Assembly (NCBI GenBank): GCA_031262525.1
Contig: JAISHM010000009.1
Coordinates: forward strand, 6,583 to 70,582
Length of the DNA stretch: 64,000 nt
Direction: 5' to 3'
DNA from: Rickettsiales bacterium
GTDB taxonomy: Bacteria > Pseudomonadota > Alphaproteobacteria > Rs-D84
Of the stretch, positions 10,156-20,892 are shown one piece after another. The notes below the pieces were generated by a model that was not told the DNA's origin, ran no database searches, and was given only the letters and a program-made list of their open reading frames with translations. Numbering within the stretch: position 1 is the stretch's first letter; every line of letters begins with the position of its first letter. Position numbers and translations under genes: made by a program.

Positions 10156-12138
10156 ATGGCAACAAAAAATACACAATCTTATGATGCATCTGATATCCAG
10201 GTTTTAGAGGGTTTGGAACCCGTTCGTCTGCGCCCTGGGATGTATATCGGCGGCACAGATGAGAAAGCGTGGCACCACCTGCCTATTGAAATTATTGACA
10301 ACGCTATTGACGAGGCGGTTGCCGGATTCGCAAAAAAAATCAGTGTCAGTTTAATTGACGCAAAAACAATTGAAATTTTCGATGATGGGCGCGGAATACC
10401 GGTGGGCGAACATCCAAAATTTCCGGGAAAATCGGCGCTAGAAATAATTTTTACCACACTACATTCGGGTGGGAAATTTAATAATGATGTCTATAAAACA
10501 TCTGGTGGGTTGCACGGGGTTGGCGCGGCTGTTGTGAATGCTCTGTCAGTGGAAACGATTGTACGGGTTTTTCGTGATGGATATGAATGGATACAAAAGT
10601 TTTCACGCGGGAAACCAATTGGCGGAATAGAAAAAGGCACGGAAACATCGGCGCACGGAACATCGGTTCGTTTTACATTGGACGACGAAATTTTTGGCGC
10701 GAACGCAGTGTTTAAGCCGATTAAAATCTATCGCCTGGCACGCGCAAAATCTTATCTGTCGCGTGGCGTTCGTGTGTTGTGGAATTGTAATCCGGAATTA
10801 TTGACCGATGATATGAATATCCCGGACAAGACCGAATTTTATTATCCGAATGGCTTGGCGGACCGCATGGCGCAAACAACCGCGAACAAGCCAGCCCTTA
10901 TGCCGCGTATATTTTCGGGCAATACTGATTGGGACGAAGGGTCGGGCTTTCGCGCAGAATGGGCGCTAACCATACTGACAGATGAAAACGGCGCGGCATC
11001 TGATGATGGATTTTTCGCCAGTTATTGTAATACAATTGCAACAATTGACGGCGGCACGCACGAGAGTGGTTTCCGCAGCGCGATTACGCGGGGCTTAAAA
11101 AACTATGCGGAAAAAATAGGGAACAAGGACGGGGCAAAAATCACGGCGGACGATGTTTTTGACTCGAGCGCGGTGCTTTTATCTGTGTTTTACAAAACCC
11201 CACAATTTTTGGGTCAGACCAAGGAAAAATTGAGCAACCCAGAAGTTGCAAAATATACGGATAAAGCGGTATCGGACGCGTGGGATATATTTTTGGCATC
11301 TGACCCGAAAACGGCGAATGCGATTTTGGACTTTGTAATCAACCTGGCGAACGCGCGTATTAAAACCAAGGCGGTCAAAGATATTGCACGCAAAACACCC
11401 ACCAAACGGGCGCGTATGCCGGCTAACTTGGCGGACTGCACAAAACACGGGGTTGATGGGACCGAGTTGTTTATTGTCGAGGGACAATCCGCGGGCGGCA
11501 CGGCGAAACAAGCGCGCGACCGCGCGACCCAGGCAATTTTCCCACTGCGTGGCAAAGTCTTGAATGTAATGAGTAATTCCGATGAAAAATTCACAGCGAA
11601 TAAGGAATTGACCGAATTGACCCAAATTATTGGCGCGGGAAATGCGACTGATTGGGACGAATCTAAATTGCGTTATGAAAAAATTATAATTATGACGGAC
11701 GCTGATGTTGATGGTTCGCATATTGCGGCATTACTGATGACATTCTTTTATCGTGATATGCCGTCCCTGATACATGGGGGACATTTGTATTTGTCTTGTC
11801 CGCCATTATATAAAATCACATCAGCATCGGAATCAGTTTATGTTGATTCGGACGAAGAATTGGAAGAATTAAAAGCAACAAAATATAAAAATAAAAAAAT
11901 TGAAATCAGCCGATTCAAGGGGTTGGGCGAAATGATGCCAAATCAGTTAAAGGAAACAACGATGAATCCTAAAACGCGGCGGCTGATACGAATTGAACTA
12001 CCCGCGCGGGACGATGATGGCGCCGAAGACACACAAAAGACAAAAAACCTGGTTTCTGAACTGATGGGGAAAAAGCCAGAGTTTCGTTTCAGATTTATTA
12101 CCGAGCATGCAAAGTTTGTAAAAGACCTGGATATTTGA
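10156..12138 (+). CDS. parE: DNA topoisomerase IV subunit B (ParE)
   Basis: It carries the GyrB/ParE family motifs VLEGLEPVRLRPGMYIGGT and a Toprim domain. At about 660 aa it fits ParE rather than GyrB. The track ORF starts at a TTG at 10120; the ATG at 10156 (MATKN...) is preferred. Confidence 0.8.
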   Translation: MATKNTQSYDASDIQVLEGLEPVRLRPGMYIGGTDEKAWHHLPIEIIDNAIDEAVAGFAKKISVSLIDAKTIEIFDDGRGIPVGEHPKFPGKSALEIIFTTLHSGGKFNNDVYKTSGGLHGVGAAVVNALSVETIVRVFRDGYEWIQKFSRGKPIGGIEKGTETSAHGTSVRFTLDDEIFGANAVFKPIKIYRLARAKSYLSRGVRVLWNCNPELLTDDMNIPDKTEFYYPNGLADRMAQTTANKPALMPRIFSGNTDWDEGSGFRAEWALTILTDENGAASDDGFFASYCNTIATIDGGTHESGFRSAITRGLKNYAEKIGNKDGAKITADDVFDSSAVLLSVFYKTPQFLGQTKEKLSNPEVAKYTDKAVSDAWDIFLASDPKTANAILDFVINLANARIKTKAVKDIARKTPTKRARMPANLADCTKHGVDGTELFIVEGQSAGGTAKQARDRATQAIFPLRGKVLNVMSNSDEKFTANKELTELTQIIGAGNATDWDESKLRYEKIIIMTDADVDGSHIAALLMTFFYRDMPSLIHGGHLYLSCPPLYKITSASESVYVDSDEELEELKATKYKNKKIEISRFKGLGEMMPNQLKETTMNPKTRRLIRIELPARDDDGAEDTQKTKNLVSELMGKKPEFRFRFITEHAKFVKDLDI

Positions 12139-12151
12139 TATAATCTGTTTT

Positions 12152-13108
12152 ATGAATAAATATAAACAATTCGGATTTAGTAATACAAAAAAAATGTTGG
12201 CGGCGGCCCTGTGTGGTGGATACGCGGTGCCGGCCTATAATTTCAGCAATGCGGAAACATTGCGCGCGATTTTAACGGCATGCGCGCAAACAAAGTCTCC
12301 CGTGATTTTACAGGTGTCCCCTGGCGCATTAAATTATATCGGCGCGGATATTTTAATTCCGATGGTTGTATCATATATAAAAAAGTATGCAAAAAATTTA
12401 CGCGGTCGGGTGGCATTGCACCTGGACCATGGGACGGACTTTGCGACTTGTAAAAAATGCATAGATATGGGATTTTCATCCGTGATGATTGACGCATCAA
12501 AAAAATCATTTGATGAAAATATAAAAATCACGAGACGGGTTACGCAATACGCAAAAAAGTTTAATGTATCGGTCGAGGGGGAACTGGGCCAACTGGGGAT
12601 TGAAAAAGATAAAAAACAATGTGACGAGTCAGTCTTTACAAATCCAAATGACGCGAAAATTTTTGTAGAAAAAACAGGTGTTGATTCATTGGCGGTGTCA
12701 ATTGGAACATCGCATGGGGTTTATAAATTGGAAACACCGAACCATAAATTGCGATTTGATATTTTGGTTGAATTGGAACGCACCCTTAAAAACTTTCCAC
12801 TGGTATTACATGGGGCGTCTGGCGTGCAAAAAAATATAATTACAAAAATAAATAAATTTGGTGGAAAAATTCAGGGCGCGAATGGTATGTCAAGCGCGAA
12901 TTTAATCCGCGCACGCGAAATGAATGTGTGTAAAATAAACATAGATTCGGACGCACGCCTGGCATTTACCATGGGGATTCGGGAATCATTGGCGCGTCAT
13001 CCTGATAATTTTGACCCACGTGTTTTTATGACATCAGCAATTGACGCAATGATAAAACTTTATACAGATAAAAATATAAAAATTATGGGCAGTGCGAATA
13101 AAATTTAA
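12152..13108 (+). CDS. fba: Class II fructose-bisphosphate aldolase
   Basis: It has the class II aldolase motifs (GGYAVPAYNF, LHLDHG) and Zn-binding histidines. An alternative start is at the internal Met at 12194. Confidence 0.75.
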   Translation: MNKYKQFGFSNTKKMLAAALCGGYAVPAYNFSNAETLRAILTACAQTKSPVILQVSPGALNYIGADILIPMVVSYIKKYAKNLRGRVALHLDHGTDFATCKKCIDMGFSSVMIDASKKSFDENIKITRRVTQYAKKFNVSVEGELGQLGIEKDKKQCDESVFTNPNDAKIFVEKTGVDSLAVSIGTSHGVYKLETPNHKLRFDILVELERTLKNFPLVLHGASGVQKNIITKINKFGGKIQGANGMSSANLIRAREMNVCKINIDSDARLAFTMGIRESLARHPDNFDPRVFMTSAIDAMIKLYTDKNIKIMGSANKI

Positions 13109-14073
13109 CCCAAAATTTTATTAAATGCAGCCACTATTTGTTTTTTTGCAGATTCTGCATCTGTATTAAAATTTGCCGCCGCTGCCTGGTTATGACCGCC
13201 CCCACCAAAAGATTCTGCGACCTCTCGCACGGACACATCATAATTACTGCGGAAAGATACACGAATCTCATTATCATGCGCCTCTTTTAATACAGCCAAC
13301 ACACGCACACCAACCAGATTTCGCAATTTCATAACCATTGACACCTCGCCTGAATCCAGTTTTTTATACAGCGCGTTCGGCACAATCGCAACACATAATT
13401 TTCCATTATGAAAGAATTCAGCCGATTCAATAACCGCCGCTTGGGCCATAAAATCAACCCGTGTATGCAGCATCAAATTTTCGGAAATTTCACGCGGGTC
13501 GGCACCCATATCAACCAACTCTGCGCCGACACGCAACGCCGCGCTGGTGCCTGTAAATGCAAAACCACCCGTATCCGAATACACGCCTGTAAACAAACAA
13601 GTCGCCGCGTCCGCGCTAACCCGCCAATCCCCCACGCGCGCCAATTCATATACAATTTCGGCCGCGGATGTAAAATCTGGATATGTGATATTCAGTGCCG
13701 CAAAGTCTTCGTTTGTGCGATGGTGGTCAATTTTTACAGAATCCGATGCTGCGTCAAAAAAATCACGTTGGATATCACTGAACTGATTCATATTTTTGCT
13801 GGCAATATCAACGCAAATCACCAGGTCGTATTTTTTTAATTCTGCCTTGGCAGCAAAAACAAAATCGCCCCGCCCCGGCATAAAATCATAATTTATCGGC
13901 AAATTTCCATCATAAATTATATCGGAAAATTTCCCAAAATTATCAGCAATCAACGCGCGCAACCCCAGCGCAGAACCCAATGAGTCCCCATCTGGGTTTT
14001 TATGTCCGAAAATTAAAATGCTGTTTACCGCGCGAATTTTCGCGGCCAGTTCCATAACCTGCCCTTTCATCAT
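13105..14073 (-). CDS. nrnA: DHH/DHHA1 phosphoesterase NrnA (oligoribonuclease / pAp phosphatase)
   Basis: It has the DHH motif (ILIFGHKNPDGDSLGS) and the DHHA1 motif GGGGH. Confidence 0.75.
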   Translation of the reverse strand: MMKGQVMELAAKIRAVNSILIFGHKNPDGDSLGSALGLRALIADNFGKFSDIIYDGNLPINYDFMPGRGDFVFAAKAELKKYDLVICVDIASKNMNQFSDIQRDFFDAASDSVKIDHHRTNEDFAALNITYPDFTSAAEIVYELARVGDWRVSADAATCLFTGVYSDTGGFAFTGTSAALRVGAELVDMGADPREISENLMLHTRVDFMAQAAVIESAEFFHNGKLCVAIVPNALYKKLDSGEVSMVMKLRNLVGVRVLAVLKEAHDNEIRVSFRSNYDVSVREVAESFGGGGHNQAAAANFNTDAESAKKQIVAAFNKILG

Positions 14074-14504
14074 TTTTTTGCCCTTTGTATCATTGCGATT
14101 GAGTTTTCTAGAATTATTTTTGCCGCAATTGAATCCAGTTCTTTTTTATCTTTTGTAATCTCAGACGCGGCGCTTGACGTCAGTGTTTCGTCTATAAAAA
14201 CAATCGGGACATCTGTTTTATCTGCCAAATCATTCGCAAAATCGCGCACCATTTTTGTTGTATCTGATTCCGTCCCGTCCATACGCAGCGGCAACCCAAT
14301 TACAATACCCTTTATATTATCATCACTAATAATTTTTATAATTTCATCTATCGCGCCCGACATACCACTGACCATAATTTGCGGACGCGTAAAAGTGTAT
14401 TCACGCGATACATCCGACACAGCAATGCCAACACGACGCGCCCCGGGGTCAATTCCAATCAGTCGCCCTGCATGCGGAAAATCCTTGAAATTTTCAATTA
14501 TCAT
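14070..14504 (-). CDS. ruvX: Putative pre-16S rRNA nuclease / Holliday junction resolvase-like RuvX (YqgF)
   Basis: It carries GIDPGARRVGIAVSD, the YqgF family N-terminal motif. The start is placed at the internal Met (MIIENF...) to avoid overlapping the divergent gatB start. Confidence 0.75.
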   Translation of the reverse strand: MIIENFKDFPHAGRLIGIDPGARRVGIAVSDVSREYTFTRPQIMVSGMSGAIDEIIKIISDDNIKGIVIGLPLRMDGTESDTTKMVRDFANDLADKTDVPIVFIDETLTSSAASEITKDKKELDSIAAKIILENSIAMIQRAKK

Positions 14505-14544
14505 AGTAAGATTATAAAGGTTTTTTTTTACAAAGGCAATAAAT

Positions 14545-16020
14545 ATGTATATCATTCACGGAAAAACAGGGAAATGGGAATTGGTAATCGGGCTGGAAAC
14601 CCATATAGAGGTTAAAACGAACGCAAAATTATTCAGCGGGGCAAGTGCTGATTACAAACCTACAACACCCCAAAATACCCAGGTTTCGTTTATTGACGCT
14701 GGCTTTCCTGGAATGTTGCCTGTGCTGAATCGTGAATGTGTAAATCAAGCAATTCGTTTTGGTCTGGCGATAAATGCCGATATATCAAAGGTCAGCAGGT
14801 TTGCCCGCAAACAATACTTTTACCCTGACCTGCCGATGGGATACCAAATCAGTCAGCCTGCGGATGAGCCACCCGTGGTTGGACGTGGTTATATTGAAAT
14901 TATTGGTGATGATGGCAATCCAAAAAAAATTTTAATTGAACGCGCACATTTGGAAACAGATGCTGGGAAACTGATTCACGATATGAATCCTAATAAAAGT
15001 TTTGCAGACTATAATCGCGCAGGCGTCGCCTTGCTGGAAATTGTGACCTATTTGGACACAAAAAACCCAGAAAATAATGAATATATATCCAGCCCGGACG
15101 AGGCTGAAAAATACCTGCGCCAGATTCGCGAAATCGCGCGTGCAACGGGGGTATCAAATGCAAATATGGAACAAGGCTCTATGCGCGCTGATGTCAATGT
15201 TTCTGTGCGTCGTGTTGGCGAAAAAACATTCCGCACCCGAACCGAGACAAAAAATATGGTATCATTCCGATTTATAAAAACCGCCATAGAGTATGAGGCG
15301 CGCCGCCATATTGAAATATATGAATCTGGCGGAGAGGTGTCCCAAGATACCATGCATTATAACCAAGAAGATGGCACAACATCGGTCGCACGTAGCAAAG
15401 AAGACGCGCTGGATTATCGTTATTTCCCAGACCCTGATTTATTGCCGATTATAATCACAGACGAACAGATTGAAACTATACGAAAAACAATGCCGGAAAT
15501 GCCCGCTGTTAAACGCGCACGCTTTATAAACGAATATGGATTATCGGAATATGACGCAACGCGTATTACCGAAAACGTGGATATTACATCTTGGTTTGAA
15601 ATCGCGGTTGATGGTAATTCCGCGCGTGCAAAACCAATTGCAAACTGGATGATAACTGAATTATTCGCGCACCCTGAATATGAAATGACACCAGAAAATT
15701 TACGTGAATTGGTTGATATGATTTTGGATAAATCCATAAACGGAAAACAGGCCAAAGAAATTTTTATAAAAATGTTAGACGGGGTTGCGGGTTCGCCAAA
15801 ACAAATCGCGGATAAATTTAATATCAAACAAACAACAGATTTATCATCTATTGAAAAAATTGTTGATGATGTTTTATCTGAATCCGCCCCGCAAGTAGAG
15901 CAATATAAAAGCGGTAAGGTTGGTTTATTGGGATTCTTTGTTGGCGTGGTTATGAAAAAATCAGGTGGCAGTGCAAATCCCACAATCGTCAGTGATTTAA
16001 TAAAACAAAAACTCGCTTGA
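14545..16020 (+). CDS. gatB: Asp-tRNA(Asn)/Glu-tRNA(Gln) amidotransferase subunit B
   Basis: It carries GatB N-terminal motifs (WELVIGLETHIEVKT, NAKLFSGAS) and a C-terminal YqeY-like domain. Confidence 0.9.
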   Translation: MYIIHGKTGKWELVIGLETHIEVKTNAKLFSGASADYKPTTPQNTQVSFIDAGFPGMLPVLNRECVNQAIRFGLAINADISKVSRFARKQYFYPDLPMGYQISQPADEPPVVGRGYIEIIGDDGNPKKILIERAHLETDAGKLIHDMNPNKSFADYNRAGVALLEIVTYLDTKNPENNEYISSPDEAEKYLRQIREIARATGVSNANMEQGSMRADVNVSVRRVGEKTFRTRTETKNMVSFRFIKTAIEYEARRHIEIYESGGEVSQDTMHYNQEDGTTSVARSKEDALDYRYFPDPDLLPIIITDEQIETIRKTMPEMPAVKRARFINEYGLSEYDATRITENVDITSWFEIAVDGNSARAKPIANWMITELFAHPEYEMTPENLRELVDMILDKSINGKQAKEIFIKMLDGVAGSPKQIADKFNIKQTTDLSSIEKIVDDVLSESAPQVEQYKSGKVGLLGFFVGVVMKKSGGSANPTIVSDLIKQKLA

Positions 16021-16075
16021 CGCATTGTATATTGGCGTTAAAAGAATTTAATAAAAAAATACAAAAGGATATAAT

Positions 16076-16258
16076 ATGCATAAAATCATACAAAATTTAA
16101 TAAATCATTTATGTAAACTTTATAAACATCATTTTATATTTGCTAACGAATTTAACAAAAAGAAAAATGAAATTATCAACGAAATCAACGAACAAAATAA
16201 AGAACAACAAAAATTAAATCGCAATTTTAAACAAATGGCTGACAGGCAATACTTTTAA
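16076..16258 (+). CDS. Small Lys/Asn-rich hypothetical protein
   Basis: A 60 aa ORF immediately upstream of miaB, with no domain. It may not be a real gene. Confidence 0.2.
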   Translation: MHKIIQNLINHLCKLYKHHFIFANEFNKKKNEIINEINEQNKEQQKLNRNFKQMADRQYF

Positions 16259-16261
16259 TTT

Positions 16262-17530
16262 ATGAAAACATTTTTTATCCAAACTTTTGGTTGTCAGATG
16301 AATGTCTATGACGGGCAAAAAATTGCCCAGATGCTGCGTGCGCGCAATATGACCCAGACAGAAAATTTAACTGATGCCGATGTAATTATTTTGAATACTT
16401 GCGCGGTGCGCGCCAAGGCAACGGACAAGGTATTTTCCGCCCTGGGAAGAATCAGAAAACAAAAAAAACCGGATGCTATTTTTGGAATTGTTGGGTGCGT
16501 TGCGCGCGAAAGCGGGCCGGACGCATTTCGCCGAATTCCCGAATTAAATTTTGTTCTGGGACCGCAATCATATCATAAATTACCAGAAATTTTGGATAAC
16601 CCTGATGCAAAATTATTAAACACTGATTTAAGTGGATTGGAAAAATTTGATGAATTGCCACACGAATCAGAATCTGGAAATATGGCGTATATTCCAATTC
16701 AAGAGGGTTGCGACCATTGTTGTACTTATTGTATTGTCCCATATACACGCGGACGCGAATTGTCCCGCCCTTTTGATGATGTAATGAACGATGTTAAAAC
16801 GGCAGCGATGGGCGGCGCAGTTGAAATATGCTTTCTGGGTCAAAATGTAAATGGTTATAAATTTTCATTGGCAAATTTAATCAAAGAGACAGCAAAAATA
16901 GAATCGGTTAAACGTATCAGATTTACATCCAGTTATCCAACAGAAATGACTGATGATTTAATAGACTTATTTTCGATCGAACCAAAATTATTACCATTTC
17001 TGAATATGCCAATACAAAGTGGCAGTCCCGATGTATTAAAGAGAATGAATCGTCCATATTCATTGGAACTATATATAAATATTATAAATAAATTGCGCGC
17101 TGCGCGCCCAGATATACAAATATCATCTGATTTTATTGTGGGATTCCCCGGCGAATCGGATGATGATTTTAAGCAAACTTGCGATATTGCAAAACAGATT
17201 AAATATATAAACTCTTACTCGTTCAAATACAGCCCACGTCCACATACGGCGGCCGCAATAATGCAAAATCAAGTTCCAGAAAACATAAAAAAAGAAAGAT
17301 TAAAAATTCTGGACGATATTTTGATGGAACAAAATCGCGCGTTTAATGAATCATGCATTGGATGCGCCCTGCCCTGTTTGTTCGAAGGTGACGATAAAAC
17401 TGGAAACAATATGATTTACCGCAGTCCTTATATGCAACAAGTTGTCGTATCTGGCAAGAATGGCGACACAATTGAAACAATAAAAATTACATCTGCGAAC
17501 AAATCATCTTTGCGTGGTAAAATCGTTTAA
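16262..17530 (+). CDS. miaB: tRNA-i6A37 methylthiotransferase MiaB
   Basis: It has the MTTase N-terminus (FIQTFGCQMNVYDG), the radical-SAM motif CDHCCTYC, and a C-terminal TRAM domain. Confidence 0.85.
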   Translation: MKTFFIQTFGCQMNVYDGQKIAQMLRARNMTQTENLTDADVIILNTCAVRAKATDKVFSALGRIRKQKKPDAIFGIVGCVARESGPDAFRRIPELNFVLGPQSYHKLPEILDNPDAKLLNTDLSGLEKFDELPHESESGNMAYIPIQEGCDHCCTYCIVPYTRGRELSRPFDDVMNDVKTAAMGGAVEICFLGQNVNGYKFSLANLIKETAKIESVKRIRFTSSYPTEMTDDLIDLFSIEPKLLPFLNMPIQSGSPDVLKRMNRPYSLELYINIINKLRAARPDIQISSDFIVGFPGESDDDFKQTCDIAKQIKYINSYSFKYSPRPHTAAAIMQNQVPENIKKERLKILDDILMEQNRAFNESCIGCALPCLFEGDDKTGNNMIYRSPYMQQVVVSGKNGDTIETIKITSANKSSLRGKIV

Positions 17531-17566
17531 CCCCAATAAACAATGCGTCAAGAACGAATTATAAAA

Positions 17567-18763
17567 TTAAAAATTAGTTGATAATTTAGCACCAAAATTA
17601 TAAAACAAATCATCACAAAATTTTGATATTCCACCATTTAACAACACCGAAAATTCATCCGCTGTGGAAGCAATCTGAATCCCACCACCGAATGATTTTA
17701 TATCACCACGCGCCATAGCGGATAAATAATAATCTGATTTTATCCCACCCGTTTCATCATAAAAACCTATGCGTCCGCCACCACCTGCATAAAATTCAGA
17801 CGATTTTGTATCGACAATTTTATCAGTTGAGTAATGAATACTGATATTTGGTTTAATATAAAATCCATTATAATCAACCAAACTATAATCCATTATAAAA
17901 TCGCCATATAATGTATAACCCGTTGGATTTTGTGCCGCCGAACCATCAGTATTAAATATCATATAATTATCTGTATTTATATCTGTTATTGCCGCGCCCA
18001 CACGCGCAAAAATTCCAACCGCGCCCAATATATTTACACTGGTCATTAAATTCGCGTTGTAAAAATTACCAGTAATTTGGTCATTATAATCTGTGGCCGA
18101 AAAGTTTCCATATTTTAACCCCAAACCAAAATAAAAGTCATCTGTGCCGACTATTTGTAGATTTGTCCCGATGGTCCATATATTTTTATTATCTGAAAAA
18201 ATTATATTTCCGTTCAACCCTGTATCAAATCCGAGGGCCCCATATCCGAATGCGTCCAGCGCGTTTGATAATTTCAACGGATATAATAATTTTTTATGAT
18301 TGTATGCGGCCGAATTTTTTATAATTCCAACAATTGCCCCACGGCTAAGCGCCGAATCAAGTGATTTCAATAACCCCATATTTTTACCACTTTGACGCGC
18401 GGTTGTTATAAACTTTGTATATGAACTTTCCGCACCAAAAATTTCTGTGTAATCTGTTCTCCGAATTAAATCCAGATATAAATTTCCACCCGCCCTGTAT
18501 GAGGACGCACTGAACATTTTATCTATATCTGGCGTCATCAAAGTAAAAAAATCAAGTTGTGTTATATTACGCACCAACAACATATCATCAGATAAAGACA
18601 CACCCGACAAATCCAGCCAGTACATATTACTATGTTGTGAATTTTGTATTGCATTTCCATAAACAACATCAAACGCCAATGACGAATTTGGTGCGCACAA
18701 ACCAACAACATAACACACACCGATACCCAATATACTCAAAAATTTACATCTATGATTTTTCAT
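17567..18763 (-). CDS. Outer-membrane beta-barrel protein (hypothetical)
   Basis: The signal peptide is at the internal Met (MKNHRCKFLSILGIGVCYVVGLCA). Alternating amphipathic strands and a C-terminal Phe (…LSTNF) are typical of OMPs. Confidence 0.5.
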   Translation of the reverse strand: MKNHRCKFLSILGIGVCYVVGLCAPNSSLAFDVVYGNAIQNSQHSNMYWLDLSGVSLSDDMLLVRNITQLDFFTLMTPDIDKMFSASSYRAGGNLYLDLIRRTDYTEIFGAESSYTKFITTARQSGKNMGLLKSLDSALSRGAIVGIIKNSAAYNHKKLLYPLKLSNALDAFGYGALGFDTGLNGNIIFSDNKNIWTIGTNLQIVGTDDFYFGLGLKYGNFSATDYNDQITGNFYNANLMTSVNILGAVGIFARVGAAITDINTDNYMIFNTDGSAAQNPTGYTLYGDFIMDYSLVDYNGFYIKPNISIHYSTDKIVDTKSSEFYAGGGGRIGFYDETGGIKSDYYLSAMARGDIKSFGGGIQIASTADEFSVLLNGGISKFCDDLFYNFGAKLSTNF

Positions 18764-18887
18764 AACCCCTCTCTGTAAATTATGAATTAAATCCGATGTA
18801 AATTTTACCCAGGGATAAAATCCCAATCAAGAAAAAATGTGTCAATACAAGATAAAAAAAATGCGGAGCCAATTCCCCGCTGTTTTC

Positions 18888-19322
18888 TTATTTTTGTTTT
18901 TTGTTATCTAAACACAAAACAATACACTCTGATACCACGGGTTCATAAACACAATTATATTCTTGATGTTTATACGGGCTATTTTGGTCAATCTTCAAAG
19001 TATTAGCCGAAATCGTTTTTTGACCAAAATCTGTCATAACAGAACATGCACTTTTATTAAAGTCATTATAAGGGCATTCTTTATTGGCGCAATATAACTC
19101 ATTTGTAAACCGGTCAAACCTCATTGAATCCTTTATATATTCACGCATCATATCTTTGATAACATTCTTTTTGGCGCAAAATTTGTTATACAAAGGTATC
19201 AAATCATACCTTTGCTCCCAGCATTTTTCATTGGTCAATTTACAAAGATTTATTCCTTGGGCATCAAACAAACAACATTTTGTATTGTCACATTGGAAAG
19301 CATAAACATAATGTTCGCACAT
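18888..19322 (-). CDS. Cysteine-rich hypothetical protein, 14 Cys in 144 aa, with no signal peptide
   Basis: An ATG ORF with Cys spacing C..C....CC and similar. No recognisable family. Confidence 0.45.
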   Translation of the reverse strand: MCEHYVYAFQCDNTKCCLFDAQGINLCKLTNEKCWEQRYDLIPLYNKFCAKKNVIKDMMREYIKDSMRFDRFTNELYCANKECPYNDFNKSACSVMTDFGQKTISANTLKIDQNSPYKHQEYNCVYEPVVSECIVLCLDNKKQK

Positions 19323-19381
19323 ATTGACCGCCTTTTATGTTGCTCTCTCCACAAAAAATACCCTAGGTTTATAAAAATCTC

Positions 19382-19459
19382 TGGGGCGAGATACGCGATT
19401 CGAACGCGCGACATTCAGTACCACAAACTGACGCTCTAACCAGCTGAGCTAATCCCGCC
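19382..19459 (-). tRNA. tRNA-His (anticodon GUG) with genomically encoded G-1 and 3' CCA
   Basis: A manual cloverleaf fold gives a D stem GCTC/GAGC, an anticodon stem TCAGT/ACTGA with loop TTGTGGT, a 7 bp acceptor stem GCGGGAT/ATCTCGC, G-1 paired to C73, and CCA. Confidence 0.85.
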
Positions 19460-19523
19460 ATAAAGTTTTCCAATTATAACCGTTATTTCAAAAAATTCAA
19501 CTATTATTTGCAAACAGACAAAG

Positions 19524-20378
19524 TCATAACTTTGTTGTTATTTTTTTCATATACTCAAAATCATCTGGGCGACATACGATTTGCAAATTCCTGACCCTGG
19601 CACCTTCTTTGAAACTAGTTGATGAAAAGTCAATAATTTTACCAGTATCATAATCCATAAAATTTATTCCCATACAATTTAACGCCGCCCATGAACCCGC
19701 CATATCCCATACATATGCATTAAAATAATATGCCCGTCCGCGGCCTGTCGCCATATATAATAAATGAACAACAGCGGAATAGAAACCAGAAATCGTATCG
19801 TTTTTTGAAAGATTTCTTACATTTATATAAATTGCCCTATTGTGAGCAGCCAATATCAAAGCCCGTGGATCAACGGGTTGTTTTTTTAGTTGCATAATTT
19901 TCTCGCTTTTTTTGAAAGCATTAGTTATCCAAAATGCGTTTTTGCCATCGCTGTAAACAATTTCACCCAATACTGGGGCATAAATAATACCCGCATAAGG
20001 CTTTCCATTACGCAGAATACCAACAGAAATACCAAACATTGGAATTTGTAAAGAATATGTTAGTGTGCCGTCAATTGGGTCCAAGACAAATTGCCATTCA
20101 TGCTTTAAAGCAGCGTCTATGGGTTTGTCGCCTAGTTTCTTGATATTTTCTTCATCTATAATAATATAATCCAGGTTTGAAAAATGTTCTTTTACAAAGC
20201 GCGCGAATAAATCGCTAATTGCCAAATCTGTTTCTGTAACAATATCTGTAATTTTTTCAGACTTGTAATTTTGAGTATGTTTCCCATGATAGTTCTTCAG
20301 TGCGATTCTTCCTGCGGATTTCATAAAATCAAAAAACAATGATAAATTTGGTATTGTTTTGGTCTTTTTCATATTCAT
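19524..20378 (-). CDS. Inositol monophosphatase family protein (SuhB-like)
   Basis: It has the IMPase motifs WQFVLDPIDGT and a metal-binding DPIDG. Confidence 0.75.
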   Translation of the reverse strand: MNMKKTKTIPNLSLFFDFMKSAGRIALKNYHGKHTQNYKSEKITDIVTETDLAISDLFARFVKEHFSNLDYIIIDEENIKKLGDKPIDAALKHEWQFVLDPIDGTLTYSLQIPMFGISVGILRNGKPYAGIIYAPVLGEIVYSDGKNAFWITNAFKKSEKIMQLKKQPVDPRALILAAHNRAIYINVRNLSKNDTISGFYSAVVHLLYMATGRGRAYYFNAYVWDMAGSWAALNCMGINFMDYDTGKIIDFSSTSFKEGARVRNLQIVCRPDDFEYMKKITTKL

Positions 20379-20445
20379 TATCCCAATAACTAATTAAATG
20401 CAAGTGCCATTATATTATAAAAACAGCGGAAAAGAAACAAAGTTT

Positions 20446-20796
20446 TTAATGTATCTTGACGCTAACTTGCCCGCAGACTTCATAATTATTTTTTGATTGC
20501 GTGGCTGAATATCGAATTACGCCAGCCGGAAAAGTTTGCACTAATTCTTTTGCACGCGGTAAATTCCGCACTAAAAATATCTTGTTTTTCACAGCCCGCA
20601 CTATCGGGTTTTTTATATTACGCAAACAATTTGATTTATACCAACTGATTAAATAAATTCTGTCGCCAATTATTTTTAAGTCAAATGGATAAAATTTACA
20701 ATCAAAGGGCTTTTCATCTTTACACAAACAACCACAATCACCACAATATTCGCACATCGCTGTATTTTTACGAAATTCTATATTTTCAGTAGGCAA
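20446..20796 (-). CDS. YkgJ/UPF0153-like Cys-cluster protein, with an uncertain start
   Basis: It has a CEYCGDCGCLC motif. The ORF starts at a TTG. A further CNYFGCNNCRDFCC motif lies in-frame upstream but has no start codon before the stop at 20878-20880. Confidence 0.4.
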   Translation of the reverse strand: MPTENIEFRKNTAMCEYCGDCGCLCKDEKPFDCKFYPFDLKIIGDRIYLISWYKSNCLRNIKNPIVRAVKNKIFLVRNLPRAKELVQTFPAGVIRYSATQSKNNYEVCGQVSVKIH

Positions 20797-20892
20797 AACA
20801 AAGGGGTATCCGATTTTATCCAGATGTCCACAACAAAAATCACGACAATTATTACATCCAAAGTAATTACATTGGGTTTACATTACGACACC

